From an uncultured Methanomassiliicoccales archaeon (GTDB lineage Archaea > Thermoplasmatota > Thermoplasmata > Methanomassiliicoccales > UBA472), in contig OY968769.1 in NCBI GenBank assembly GCA_963695345.1, forward strand, positions 1,056,001 to 1,120,000: a stretch of DNA of 64,000 nt, read 5' to 3'. Each line of letters opens with the position of its first letter. Position 1 is the stretch's first letter. The notes under the pieces were generated by a model. That model saw only the letters and a program-made list of their open reading frames with translations. It searched no databases and was not told the origin of the DNA. This document shows, in pieces, positions 19,856 to 29,735 of the stretch. Both the position numbers and the translations under genes were made by a program.

Positions 19856-20803
19856 TCATCCAAACGTGTATGCGTATACCCGGAAGCTATTGTCTGGGCT
19901 GATCAGGGTGAGCGTGTGTTTTTCTGAAGCATGGGTCCTGACGATGTAGTACATATCGTCCCGGTCAACCGACAAAAAGGTCCGCCCATCACGGAATCTC
20001 ACGTCCTGGTGGGCCTGGGACCTCAGGAGAGGATTACCATCCAGAAGGACCTCCAGCTCTGACGGAGTATCCGCTGACAATACCGCGTAGACCTCCCGGG
20101 CCTGATAGGGCATAATGATCTTTCCCGGACCCTTGAGCAGCTTCAGGAATTGCGGGTCGTTCTGCCAATACCCATCAAGATATATCACGCCCAGCTGGTG
20201 AGGCGTAGTGTCGGTGTAATGACATGCCCCGTCGGTCGCGCAGACCGGAACGTTCCCTATGGCTTTGTTCCGGGAGGTTCCGGCAAATATCTCAGGGGTA
20301 GTGTCCCGACCGTACTGGACCACGCTGTCCTTGATCTCCGGAAGGTGAACGTTGCGTCCCGCATCACGCAGCAGGCGGACTATCCAGGCCTCGATCTCGC
20401 CCTCTCCTCCTTCCCCCTCATGGATATGCCTGACATCCCCTTGCTTGTCTATGAAATACTGTGTCGGCCAGAAGTTGTTCTGGAAGGCATCCCATGTCCT
20501 AAAGTCGTTATCCACTGCGACCGGATAATCCAGCCCATGGCGCTTGATCGCCGTCTCCAGGTTCTTGGCGTCCCTCTCAAAATCGAACTCGGGGGAATGG
20601 ACGCCGATGAGGACCAGACCCAGGTCCTTGTAACGGCTCCATACCTGCTTCATGTGGGGTAACGTGCGCAGGCAGTTGATGCAGGAGTATGTCCAGAAAT
20701 CGATCACCACCACACTGCCGCGAAGTGAGGCGAGCGTCAAAGGGGCAGTGTTATACCACGCTGATATGGCCAGCTCGGGGGCTTGGTAACGGTCGAACAT
20801 CAT
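19856..20803 (-). CDS. DipZ-like redoxin (thioredoxin-like domain plus C-terminal beta domain), no TM or signal region
   Basis: DFWTYSCINC, GVHSPEF, YPVAVDND, N.FWP, GEG and terminal YAYTFG motifs. Confidence 0.85.
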   Translation of the reverse strand: MMFDRYQAPELAISAWYNTAPLTLASLRGSVVVIDFWTYSCINCLRTLPHMKQVWSRYKDLGLVLIGVHSPEFDFERDAKNLETAIKRHGLDYPVAVDNDFRTWDAFQNNFWPTQYFIDKQGDVRHIHEGEGGEGEIEAWIVRLLRDAGRNVHLPEIKDSVVQYGRDTTPEIFAGTSRNKAIGNVPVCATDGACHYTDTTPHQLGVIYLDGYWQNDPQFLKLLKGPGKIIMPYQAREVYAVLSADTPSELEVLLDGNPLLRSQAHQDVRFRDGRTFLSVDRDDMYYIVRTHASEKHTLTLISPDNSFRVYAYTFG

Positions 20804-20927
20804 CGATACACTCTAATGACCACCTTATGGTTGCGCACAAATCAAATACATTGCTGGAAAAACATAGTAAACGCAAGAAGCCGCCGCCCCATGAATGGGA
20901 CGGACCTGGCCGGCTCGTTGCCGGCAC

Positions 20928-21287
20928 TCAGTTCTCAGCTTCCGGCTGCCGGATCATGGTCAGCAGCATCTTGAACCGCTTCACGGCGGTCAGGGAATGG
21001 GCTTCATTGGCCGGCATTATGATGACGTCCCCTGCCTTCATCGAATGGACGATCCCGGACAGGGTGAGATCCAGTTCCCCCTCTAGCACGTGCACCATCG
21101 CATCAAAGGGAGCGGCGTGCTCGCTCAAACCCTGGCCCTCATCGAAGGCGAAGATCGTTACCGTTCCGACCGGCTTGTCGATAAGAGTTCTGCTCACTAT
21201 CGAACTATCTTGGTAGGATACCAATTCGCTCATCGTCAGATGCTTGCCGAGCAATTCCGCCGGTCTGGATCCAGTCTTCTTCGCCAT
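20928..21287 (-). CDS. Cupin domain protein
   Basis: FAFDEGQGLSEHAAPFDA and MPANEAH motifs. Confidence 0.85.
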   Translation of the reverse strand: MAKKTGSRPAELLGKHLTMSELVSYQDSSIVSRTLIDKPVGTVTIFAFDEGQGLSEHAAPFDAMVHVLEGELDLTLSGIVHSMKAGDVIIMPANEAHSLTAVKRFKMLLTMIRQPEAEN

Positions 21288-21336
21288 GTGATCGTCCAAC
21301 CAATTGGTATGGCGTTCTAATAACCGTTCCGGCCCC

Positions 21337-21709
21337 TCATGATCTCTTCTTTTTGGAGACCTTCACCGGCAATGAGATCACCAGGGCATGCGAGCGTTCG
21401 ATCCATCGGCTGAGCTTATCCACATCGTCCAGGGATGAGCCGGGTACCGAGACGTATTCCCTCATCACGGTGCTTTCCGTGGGAGAGAACACACCAGCTC
21501 CGAGGATCTCCTTTTTTATGTTCTGCCCATCCTCGTCGGAGAGCCGGAGGAACAATCCTTCGCCGAATACCCCCATGAACATGTTGCCGTTCACGAACCA
21601 CACGTCCGCCCCGAACATTCTTCTTTCGCTCGCCATGATATTTCTCCAAAAGTGGGGCGAGACGGTCCCCCAATTCCTTGGACGATTTCGGCCAGGGCCT
21701 TTGATCCAT
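21337..21709 (-). CDS. TfoX/Sxy N-terminal domain protein, frameshifted near 21620
   Basis: MDQRPWPKSS...GERKK joins MFG..WFVNGNMF...MREY if one A is removed from AAGAAGAATG. Confidence 0.75.
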
Positions 21710-21884
21710 GCCTAGGGAATTGAACATAGAGGATATTTTGTTGTTGGGATGGAGGTATCTTCTTGTCCGGTGCGATAATCTGACGTTTTCAGCATGTTGA
21801 AAGTCATAGATTAGGCCGAAAAATGTATAGACCCATAATTGACTCGGAAATTCTATAAACCACAGGAAAAATGAGAGTATAGGA

Positions 21885-22403
21885 ATGAAGACCGTAGACG
21901 AAATGAAGAATTTGATCATGTCCAGCCTGAAGGAGATGATCGCGGACGACCAGCAGGTGAAGAAATTCACCACCACCAGCCACAACAAACGGCTGTCGGA
22001 CAAACAATTCCTGGAATATTTCGCTCAAAAATACGGTGACCGGGTCATCATTGAGCAAGGGGCGAACAACGTCCTGAACCTGTTCACCACCGAATTGAAC
22101 ATGAAGTGGGTATCAGATGGAAAGAAGACCGCTCTTGACGGCTTCACGATCGGAGGCATGCCGATCATCGATTACATCAAGGGATATCAGCTGAGTGAGA
22201 TCGCGCCACCGCCCGCAGATGAAAAGGCGGAACTCACCGAAGAAGAACAGCTGGAAGCCTTATACGGCAAGATGTTCGAGAACCGGGTCATCGATCAGAA
22301 GATATCCGAGCATGGAAAGGAGATCCAGAGCAAGAAGAAACCGGATCTGATGGTGAGGTCGGAAACGGATGATGACGTGGAAGAGACCGAGTTCGTAAGT
22401 TGA
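21885..22403 (+). CDS. Hypothetical protein
   Basis: 172-aa ORF with plausible codon usage filling the space between divergent/convergent genes. Confidence 0.65.
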   Translation: MKTVDEMKNLIMSSLKEMIADDQQVKKFTTTSHNKRLSDKQFLEYFAQKYGDRVIIEQGANNVLNLFTTELNMKWVSDGKKTALDGFTIGGMPIIDYIKGYQLSEIAPPPADEKAELTEEEQLEALYGKMFENRVIDQKISEHGKEIQSKKKPDLMVRSETDDDVEETEFVS

Positions 22404-22506
22404 CATTTCTCTCAGATCACGCTTGATTCAAACCAAACTAGCCTAGCTTCTGGTTAAGCCTGTTCTTGAGATATTGACGCGGCGATGCCACGAACACGGA
22501 AGACAA

Positions 22507-23127
22507 TCATTCGACCAGCAGTATGCCCGTCCATACTGGGTCGTTCTTCACCGGGAACTCGATCCCCACTCCGGCGTTCTCGGCCGTGAGGATGACGTCG
22601 ATACCCACCGCCTCCATGGATGGCCTGGCCTCGAACGGATGCCGGCATGGTTCACCGGAAGATATCCCGACGCACTCATCGCACAACGAGCATGCCCCTC
22701 CCGAGAGGGCCAGGGCGAAACGATGACCCATCATCATGGCGTCCCGCTCCAGTTTGCTCAATATCCCTTCGAAGGACCGCGTGCTGACGCGCAGCTGCCG
22801 GCGGTAATCCTCGTCGTTGATCACCTCGACCAGGCTGGTAGCGCCTAGCCTGCGCTCCACCGATGCCAGGTCCATGATTATTTTGGCCTGTACCAGGATG
22901 GCGAACTTGAATCTTATCAATGATTTTTCGAACTCCTCCGGTCTCACGCAATTGGGGGGACACATGAGGTTCCTTCCGAAATGAACGCAACGCGGGATCT
23001 GACATTTCAGGCTGACCCGCGGGTCCATCGCCACTTGGCTGATAGGGAGCGGGACGGCCTTCGAAGCCCCATAGCCTTCAGCTTTTGTGCAGAGTTCAGC
23101 AAGATGTTCCTCTATCGTGGTCGACAT
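22507..23127 (-). CDS. DUF2284 metal-binding protein
   Basis: KC..PRC..FG.NLMCPP, GGACSLCDEC and CRHP..ARPSMEAVGIDV motifs. Confidence 0.85.
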   Translation of the reverse strand: MSTTIEEHLAELCTKAEGYGASKAVPLPISQVAMDPRVSLKCQIPRCVHFGRNLMCPPNCVRPEEFEKSLIRFKFAILVQAKIIMDLASVERRLGATSLVEVINDEDYRRQLRVSTRSFEGILSKLERDAMMMGHRFALALSGGACSLCDECVGISSGEPCRHPFEARPSMEAVGIDVILTAENAGVGIEFPVKNDPVWTGILLVE

Positions 23128-23265
23128 GTTCGGATCCCTTTGTCCGTAATGATGTGAGGACAGGGGATATATTAATTATCGAACCAAGACAAAAAACCAT
23201 ACCCAGCAAGGTTCTGTCCAGGACAATTAGTTTTATATGCGGGCTATACTTAACCTGTCCCTAAC

Positions 23266-23366
23266 GGGTCCGTAGCTTAGTCCGGTGGAGCGTCAGGCTC
23301 ATAGGATGCCACTTAGCCATCTAAGAAACCCGATGGTCGTCGGTTCGAATCCGACCGGGCCCACCA
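23266..23366 (+). tRNA. tRNA-Ile2(CAT) (tRNA-Met not fully excluded) with 24-nt canonical 37/38 intron at 23304-23327
   Basis: GGGTCCG/CGGGCCC-A-CCA acceptor typical of archaeal Ile2; anticodon CAT at 23300-23302; bulge-helix-bulge geometry; TATA ttttatat at 23231. Confidence 0.85.
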
Positions 23367-23679
23367 TCCCTATCTGGCTCACTCACAAAACCCCAAAAGG
23401 CCAAAAATCTTCTCGAGTCGTATCATCTATGGGGAATTGAGCAAAGAAGGGTTCTTACAAGATGGATGGGAAGTCCTTAGCACTCAATTTTCTCATTTCG
23501 ATGTCGCTTCGAATTATCAATGTCGATTCTATTCCCAGAAAATTGTTCGAAGGATCCGATCCTTCGGCCAGATTTTAATAGCCTTAATCTTCTGCTGTCT
23601 TACAGACGTAGTAGCCAATTGGATTTCAGTCAGAGCTAATTACTATCTCTTAGACCTGTCAGAGCTTTTCCGTGCAATT

Positions 23680-23811
23680 TCATTTCAGCATAGTACCACA
23701 CGAGGGGCATTGAAGATGCCTGTAACTTATGCGGGCTTCGCATTTAGGGCAGCAATTTTTACTAACAGGACTGGACTGGCTGTTTTTCTGGCATTCATCT
23801 GATTCATTCAT
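23680..23811 (-). CDS. Zinc-ribbon microprotein, copy 1 (43 aa from ATG; upstream TTG at 23841 is interrupted by TGA)
   Basis: MNESDECQKNSQSSPVSKNCCPKCEARISYRHLQCPSCGTMLK; paralog at 26221-26382. Confidence 0.55.
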   Translation of the reverse strand: MNESDECQKNSQSSPVSKNCCPKCEARISYRHLQCPSCGTMLK

Positions 23812-24083
23812 ATCAGATTTCTTCTTGCATCAAAATATCAAACGAATCGATCCCTTTGCTTCTGATAAGAGCTATTCGGAACATAATGATATTCGTGAGG
23901 TTTCTAAGTCTTAATCCTTATTGTTGACCATAATTCTTAGCATCTGGCTAAATGACAGTTCTGGCTCAGCCCACCATAAAACCGTTCATTCAGTTAAATT
24001 TTCAAATAAGGTCTTTTTCCAAATAATCATATTGTTAAATAAATTCTCATATTCTTTCATATAGTTCAAACTATATCCATATC

Positions 24084-24653
24084 ATGATGGGTGATATGAT
24101 CGAACAGAAAATGACAAAGAGGCCGAAGGTCGGGAAGGGGACCCACATATCAGAGCATGCTGTAGTCATAGGGAATGTCACGATCGGCGATAACGTGTTC
24201 ATCGCCCCGAATGCAACGATCAGGTGTGATGAGCCAGATTCGGAGATAATCATAGGATCGGGATGCAATATCCAGGACAATGTGGTAATGCACAGTTTGA
24301 CCGGATGCAAGGTCTTGATCGGCTCCGGAACCTCGATCGGTCATGGGAGCATCATCCACGGTCCATGTGAGATAGGCGAAAGATGTTTCATCGGTTTCGG
24401 TTCAGTGGTCTTCAAGAGTGTTCTAGGAGATGATGTGATGGTCATGCATCGATCTTTGGTGGAGGATGCGATCGTGCCCAAGAGAAGCCACGTCCCGTCG
24501 GGGGCGATAGTCAAGGGAATCGTGGGACATTCATTCGCTGAAATATGTTCCGAAATGGAGCGCTTTTCAGACGGGGTGAGAAATATCAACATACAGCTAG
24601 CAATGACATACAATGAAAAGGGCAGCCCATTAGGCAACGAGACTGATGATTAA
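24084..24653 (+). CDS. Second gamma carbonic anhydrase family protein (Cam-like)
   Basis: APNATIRCDE, NIQDNVVMH and SIGHGSIIHGP with the metal-ligand histidines present. Confidence 0.85.
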   Translation: MMGDMIEQKMTKRPKVGKGTHISEHAVVIGNVTIGDNVFIAPNATIRCDEPDSEIIIGSGCNIQDNVVMHSLTGCKVLIGSGTSIGHGSIIHGPCEIGERCFIGFGSVVFKSVLGDDVMVMHRSLVEDAIVPKRSHVPSGAIVKGIVGHSFAEICSEMERFSDGVRNINIQLAMTYNEKGSPLGNETDD

Positions 24654-24954
24654 TAATCATGAAAGAAGTTCCAGGCCCGTGGACCTTGAGGAGGGCGTCA
24701 GATGGGTTCTTGGTGTGGACCGCCGGATGCTGGTAATGAAGGAAGCCCATACGAATGGGGTCATCCGGGCAACAGAGCTAGCTGAGCTCACCAATAGGTC
24801 TGTGCAGAACATCAGCCATGCCATTCACGAACTGGAAGAGGCTGGCCTAATAGAATGCCTGAATCCGGAGAAGAGCACCTGGAAAAGATATGTCCTTACC
24901 GATCTGGGAAAGAGGGTTTCCGATAGTCTCCGAGATAAACATCTTTTTGATTGA
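24646..24954 (+). CDS. Winged-helix (MarR/ArsR-like) regulator
   Basis: ATELAELTNRSVQNISHAIHELEEAGLIECLN...YVLTDLG. Confidence 0.8.
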   Translation: MINNHERSSRPVDLEEGVRWVLGVDRRMLVMKEAHTNGVIRATELAELTNRSVQNISHAIHELEEAGLIECLNPEKSTWKRYVLTDLGKRVSDSLRDKHLFD

Positions 24955-25186
24955 AGTCAACGCAACTCGACATTTCAATCATATGGATATGTGCGCTGTT
25001 GGGTTGGATACGGAGGCCAAATCAAATCACCCAGGTGAGCTCGTCAATGCCTTCTTTCTCGTTGGATCAAACCCGCCGTCAGGATTCATGAGCCGATGCG
25101 CCATGCACTTGTCCTGCAGTAGATATTCAAGTGCAATGGCATCCCATATGAGAGAATGAAAGTGGCCATCATGATATCGTTATTCA

Positions 25187-25682
25187 TCAAGGCAAGGAGA
25201 AGATCCTGGTCCTGGAACAGTTCGCTCAGGAAAGCTATCACTTCTTTTTCGTGCCGGTTGCCGGACGTTCGGTAAAGGATCGGGCACAGTACCCAAGAAA
25301 ATCATATCCAGTAGATTCGGGCCTGCTGTTCTCGGTCGGGGGGATAGAGGACAAGGGGGGACTGCTAGAGTGCGTTGTATTCCTCGAACTGAGAAGAAGG
25401 CTGGGAGCGGAAGAAGAGATCCACTATTGGAGGAATGCCTCCGGAGGCGAGGTGGACTTCATCATATAGAAAGGAACAGAGACCATGGGCGCATACCAGG
25501 TCGCCTACGAGATGAAAGATGCAAAGACCAGGGCCAGAGAGATAAGATCGTTGGACGAATGCCTGGACGAGACCGGATGTGACCGTGGGGTGGTCATCAC
25601 CTGGGGAGAGCACGAGGATATGGTTGAGGTCGACACTCGAGTGAAGGTTGTAAAAGCGGTCGATTGGCTAATGGGTAGATGA
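25187..25682 (+). pseudogene. C-terminal fragment of a COG1373 AAA+ ATPase (DUF4143 domain) with in-frame TAG at 25467-25469
   Basis: PRKSYPVDSGL, LLECVVFLEL and YWRN..GGEVDFII*KG...YQV; no Walker A or N-terminal region upstream. Confidence 0.7.
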
Positions 25683-26220
25683 ACGGTCTATACCTGGATG
25701 AAGAGGCATGACTACTGGAACATGGTTACGACCTCCGCCATGAACTCTACGAAATGCAGCTATTCGGTAAGGATTTGATTTCTTATTGTCTCTCTCCACT
25801 TTGATAGCGCGATCTATCGAGTCCAACACCTGAATCCAATTGTTCTTGGTTGTGATCGATTTGACCAATTCAACGCTCCCAAGTTCGAGGTCGTCATTCT
25901 GGAATAGAGTCACAAAGTTTCCCGGAACGAATCCTTTATTTCATCATCCATCCTCTTTGCGCTTGCCATAAACAATTTTGGAATCGTTGGAAGGCCAGAA
26001 TGTCCATCTATTCGATTTTTCGGCTAAATTACGCTTGTGATAAATTGAATCGTTCTCTGTGTATTTATCACAATCCAGTGCATCTTCAATACACTTAGCG
26101 GCTTCCGCTTCGATCAAAGCATGGTGCTTATCACCAGTATGGGATATGCGCGACCAAAAGGAGAACGGATGAAATAGTTCTTAATCCGCCTTGAAGCACG
26201 CCGCTTGGACCGAGCAATGT

Positions 26221-26382
26221 TCATTTCAGCTTCGTATGGCACGTAGGGCACTGCAAGTAAGTGTAACTGATGTGGCCCCCGCATTTTGGGCATGATTTTT
26301 TCTTAAAAAGGGTGAACTTGACATTCTTCTGGTCTTCGTCTGTTTCAGTCGCATCAGATTTGTTTTCTTGTTCAGATGTCAA
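26221..26382 (-). CDS. Zinc-ribbon microprotein, copy 2 (53 aa)
   Basis: TTG start after AAGGGGA; MTSEQENKSDATETDEDQKNVKFTLFKKKSCPKCGGHISYTYLQCPTCHTKLK. Confidence 0.65.
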   Translation of the reverse strand: MTSEQENKSDATETDEDQKNVKFTLFKKKSCPKCGGHISYTYLQCPTCHTKLK

Positions 26383-26676
26383 ACGGATCTGTCCCCTTCT
26401 AGTGATAATGCGATGTCTAAAAGATAATGATATTCATCCATTAGGAAGTGGACTCCAATGATATACCAATGTCGTTTCGGAGTGACCAGTGTTGAACGGA
26501 ATGGCCCGGATCCACCGAAATAAGAGCTCGGATGAATGCATCGGCGGACGGTTTTTATTGGATATGGGAGTCGGACCGAATGGGATGGACTGAAATTCGC
26601 CACCGGTCCTTCTCGCAGGGTGATGGAAAAGGGTTTTCTGGCGCGTAGCCTCTGGACACGCTAAAAAAGATTAGCC

Positions 26677-27045
26677 CTAGTGGCAATGCTTGGAGCCCTG
26701 ACAGACGTCATCTATCGTGGCTTCCATTAGGCCTTCGGACATGTAGTTCGATACTGCGTCCTTCACCTTACCAGCTGCTCCGACGAAGACCCTGATACCA
26801 TTGTTCTGGAACTCCATTAGCGGTCGCCTTCCGATGCCGCCAATAAGTACGGCCTCGACACCCGCATCTGCCATCTTCCGGACCGGTATCATACAGTTAT
26901 GTTCTCCATCGTTATCGATCGTCCACACGCCCTTGATCTCGCTTCCATCGATCTCGACTGCGGTGAAAAGATCGCAATGCCCGAAATGAGCGGATACTCC
27001 TGCGTCTAACCCTCCGGGACTGTCACTCGGTATTCCAATTTTCAT
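26677..27045 (-). CDS. NifB/NifX-family (FeMo-cofactor-binding-like) protein
   Basis: MKIGIP, VSAHFGHC and GGIGRRP motifs. Confidence 0.88.
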   Translation of the reverse strand: MKIGIPSDSPGGLDAGVSAHFGHCDLFTAVEIDGSEIKGVWTIDNDGEHNCMIPVRKMADAGVEAVLIGGIGRRPLMEFQNNGIRVFVGAAGKVKDAVSNYMSEGLMEATIDDVCQGSKHCH

Positions 27046-27359
27046 TTACGTTTGCCTCCTTGTTTATTTTCCTTATCATCGGGGCTAACACTCGCCCCTA
27101 TCCATACTAGTGATGATTACTTCCTAGTTTGATAATTTCCCTCAATAGGGAGAAATTATTTAATGATATCTAGAATCTCAGCATAAGGCCGGAGCCTTCT
27201 GCGATTCGGTCGATAACCAAATGACAAATAACGTTAACACCAATCAGATGCCGGAGAAATCAGGGTCAGCGTGTCTGGAGGATTGTGACCATTATCCTGG
27301 CCATAACAATTAACATAGGCCATATCGATTCTGTACGTGGAACGTAAGGAGAGAGCAGG

Positions 27360-27827
27360 ATGGAAGGGATTGCAGGGTTGACAAAACTGTTCAGAGAGGA
27401 GATGATCGAATTGAGAGAAGGATCGACGGTGGTTTTCGCCGGATCTAGTGCGGTCTGCGCCCCATTCGCTGAATTGTTGGCTTACTCTATTCGGGACAGA
27501 AAGTTTGACCTCTATTTCTCGCCGATGGCAAACGAAACGGACTGCAGATCATTGGTTTGGAGGGAAGGAACGGGCTACACCATCGATCCCTCGGGGAAAA
27601 GCGTCAAAGATGTTGCCTCAATAGTGGTCCTGGGCGGGCTGGCCATGCCGAAATTCGGATGTGATGTCAATAAAGTGAAGGAATTCATAGATCATACAAC
27701 GAATCAGACGGGGGCGAAAATCGTTGGCGTATGTTTCATGGATATTCTCAGAAGATCGGGCTGGACAACGACCATTCAATTCAACGCGCTCATAAATTCA
27801 ACAATGGACACTGAAAAACAGATCTGA
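27360..27827 (+). CDS. DUF2124 family protein (methanogen-associated)
   Basis: VCAPFAELLAY, VVLGGLAMPK and GVCFM motifs. Confidence 0.8.
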   Translation: MEGIAGLTKLFREEMIELREGSTVVFAGSSAVCAPFAELLAYSIRDRKFDLYFSPMANETDCRSLVWREGTGYTIDPSGKSVKDVASIVVLGGLAMPKFGCDVNKVKEFIDHTTNQTGAKIVGVCFMDILRRSGWTTTIQFNALINSTMDTEKQI

Positions 27828-27895
27828 CCGGACCGCAGCATGTGATTGGTCGTACCTACGGCCGAGAACTCTGGTGCAACCCATTCACCCTGATG

Positions 27896-28576
27896 CTAAC
27901 CGCCCAGAACCAAACTGATTCCCACGATCACTGCTCCCACCATCACAAGCATCAAACCAAAAACGGTATTCCTAATGCTGGTGTGTTTGGCCCATGTATA
28001 GCCGACCACAAAGAGGGCTGAAAAAGCAACTATATTGGAAACAACCACGGCGGCATGCGGAGGTTCGATCAACCACAGCGGGATAACCACAACGACCGTT
28101 GCCAACAGCATTGCCAGGAATATCTGGACAGATCCAAATATGTCCTCCCGGACTATGCCGATAGTCCCAGGTTGCCTAGTATAGCGGATATCGCTTGACC
28201 TTCGCTGGGCATGAAGGACGAGACGATAGACCGATTTCTGGTCCTCAACATCAAGGGTTCCTATGATCGATTCCTCTAGTTCCCCTTGGATCGTGGAAAG
28301 CGCCTCTTGCTCATCCTTTGCCGACCTGATCTTTCCGGCAATGAGGAAGTACCTATGTCTTTGGAAGACCACCACGAGCACATAGAGGATGGCGTCGATT
28401 ATGCCCCAGGCAATCCCTGCCCCGAGCGATGCGACCGCCATTAGGTCGATGTCCAAATCGACACCTCCAGTGATCACCCGGATCGCACTGGTTATGGTCA
28501 GAGCGATAACCAGGCCATAGATTATCTCCACCAATCGTTCGTGGGGATAGAGATAGTCGATCGGTCGCCTAATCAT
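27896..28576 (-). CDS. VIT1/CCC1-like membrane protein
   Basis: ERLVEIIYGL and AWGIIDA motifs; two plus three TM segments ending LGG. Confidence 0.6.
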   Translation of the reverse strand: MIRRPIDYLYPHERLVEIIYGLVIALTITSAIRVITGGVDLDIDLMAVASLGAGIAWGIIDAILYVLVVVFQRHRYFLIAGKIRSAKDEQEALSTIQGELEESIIGTLDVEDQKSVYRLVLHAQRRSSDIRYTRQPGTIGIVREDIFGSVQIFLAMLLATVVVVIPLWLIEPPHAAVVVSNIVAFSALFVVGYTWAKHTSIRNTVFGLMLVMVGAVIVGISLVLGG

Positions 28577-28871
28577 TGATGAATACCACTCCTCAAATCA
28601 AATATTCAGCCATAAGTGTTTCTCATTAAGAACTGCAGGGATGTGGGAATCGGATCTGGTCTGCAAATGCAAATCAATCATCGATCGGTCTGACACCTTT
28701 GTGAGCTCGGTACTACTGTGTTCCCAGTGGATTGATCGATAGTCTAAAACGTGGTTGAGGTTTTTTTACCTATGTTGGTGCGCATCGACTACTCGATGAT
28801 TTGAAGAAAAATAACTTATACTATCAATGAACTCGGTTGTGCAAACAGAAAGAACAACCGAAGGGTTACCC

Positions 28872-29573
28872 ATGAAAGAATTTCTCTCCAGGATTGAGGC
28901 AGCCGCCAAAGAAGCGGGGGCGGCAAAGGTAGGTTTCGCGAACATTTCCGGACTGAAGGGATTGCAGGTCGGTGACGACACGGTGTTTGCGTACAATAGC
29001 GCGGTGACTGTAATGGTCGAGATACCGATCGAGGCAGTGAAGCAGTCGCTTGAATCGCCCAGCGAGGAAATGAGGGCCGCTTACAAGCAGTGCAATATGA
29101 AACTGAAGAAGGCAGAGGAGAAAGTGGTGGAGACACTGAAATCTGCGGGCTATGAGGCGAGATTGATCGATCCTTCAGAGAGGGTCAACAAGGAAATGTT
29201 ATTGGGCGCCATATCCCACAAGGCCGTGGCCAGATTGGCGGGCATGGGTTGGATAGGGAAGAATGGGTTGATTATCACGGAGGACTATGGACCAAGGTTG
29301 AGGATGGGCACCGTTCTGACCAATTTACCCATAGAGAACAATCCCCAACCATTGAAAAATGGTTGCGGGAGCTGCACCGCATGCATAGATAACTGCCCGA
29401 TGAAGGTGTTGAAGGGTCCTACGTTCACAGACCATCCGGAGAGCCGGGAAAGCGTCATCGATTGGGCAAAGTGCGGAAAATACGAGCACACGTTGATCGG
29501 GGATGGTTCCAGACCAGAGAAGGCTTGCGGGCGTTGCATAGCGAAATGCCCCAAATCGGGCCTGGAAGCCTAA
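28872..29573 (+). CDS. Epoxyqueuosine reductase-like cobalamin/4Fe-4S protein
   Basis: SHKAVARLAGMGWIGKN, YGPRLR, CGSCTACIDNCP and CGRCIAKCP motifs. Confidence 0.82.
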   Translation: MKEFLSRIEAAAKEAGAAKVGFANISGLKGLQVGDDTVFAYNSAVTVMVEIPIEAVKQSLESPSEEMRAAYKQCNMKLKKAEEKVVETLKSAGYEARLIDPSERVNKEMLLGAISHKAVARLAGMGWIGKNGLIITEDYGPRLRMGTVLTNLPIENNPQPLKNGCGSCTACIDNCPMKVLKGPTFTDHPESRESVIDWAKCGKYEHTLIGDGSRPEKACGRCIAKCPKSGLEA

Positions 29574-29618
29574 GCCCCCTTTCCCTTTCAATCCAATTCT
29601 CAAGGAATAATCATCAGG

Positions 29619-29735
29619 AGCCAGGAGATCCTCGACATAACAGGGATCACCATTTCTGAAAAGGGCGTGCCGTACGCGGGTGCCAGATTCGAGATCAATG
29701 TACCCAACGGATCGTTCAGGGCCCGGGCGGCGTAA
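29619..29735 (+). pseudogene. C-terminal relic of a sensor histidine kinase (end of HATPase_c domain)
   Basis: SQEILDITGITISEKGVPYAGARFEINVPNGSFR* resembles methanogen kinase C-termini; no start codon or upstream body. Confidence 0.6.

Noticed and set aside
26677-27045. Nitrogen fixation inferred from the NifB/NifX-family gene
   Set aside because: Stand-alone members of this family are widespread in non-diazotrophs and no nif genes are nearby
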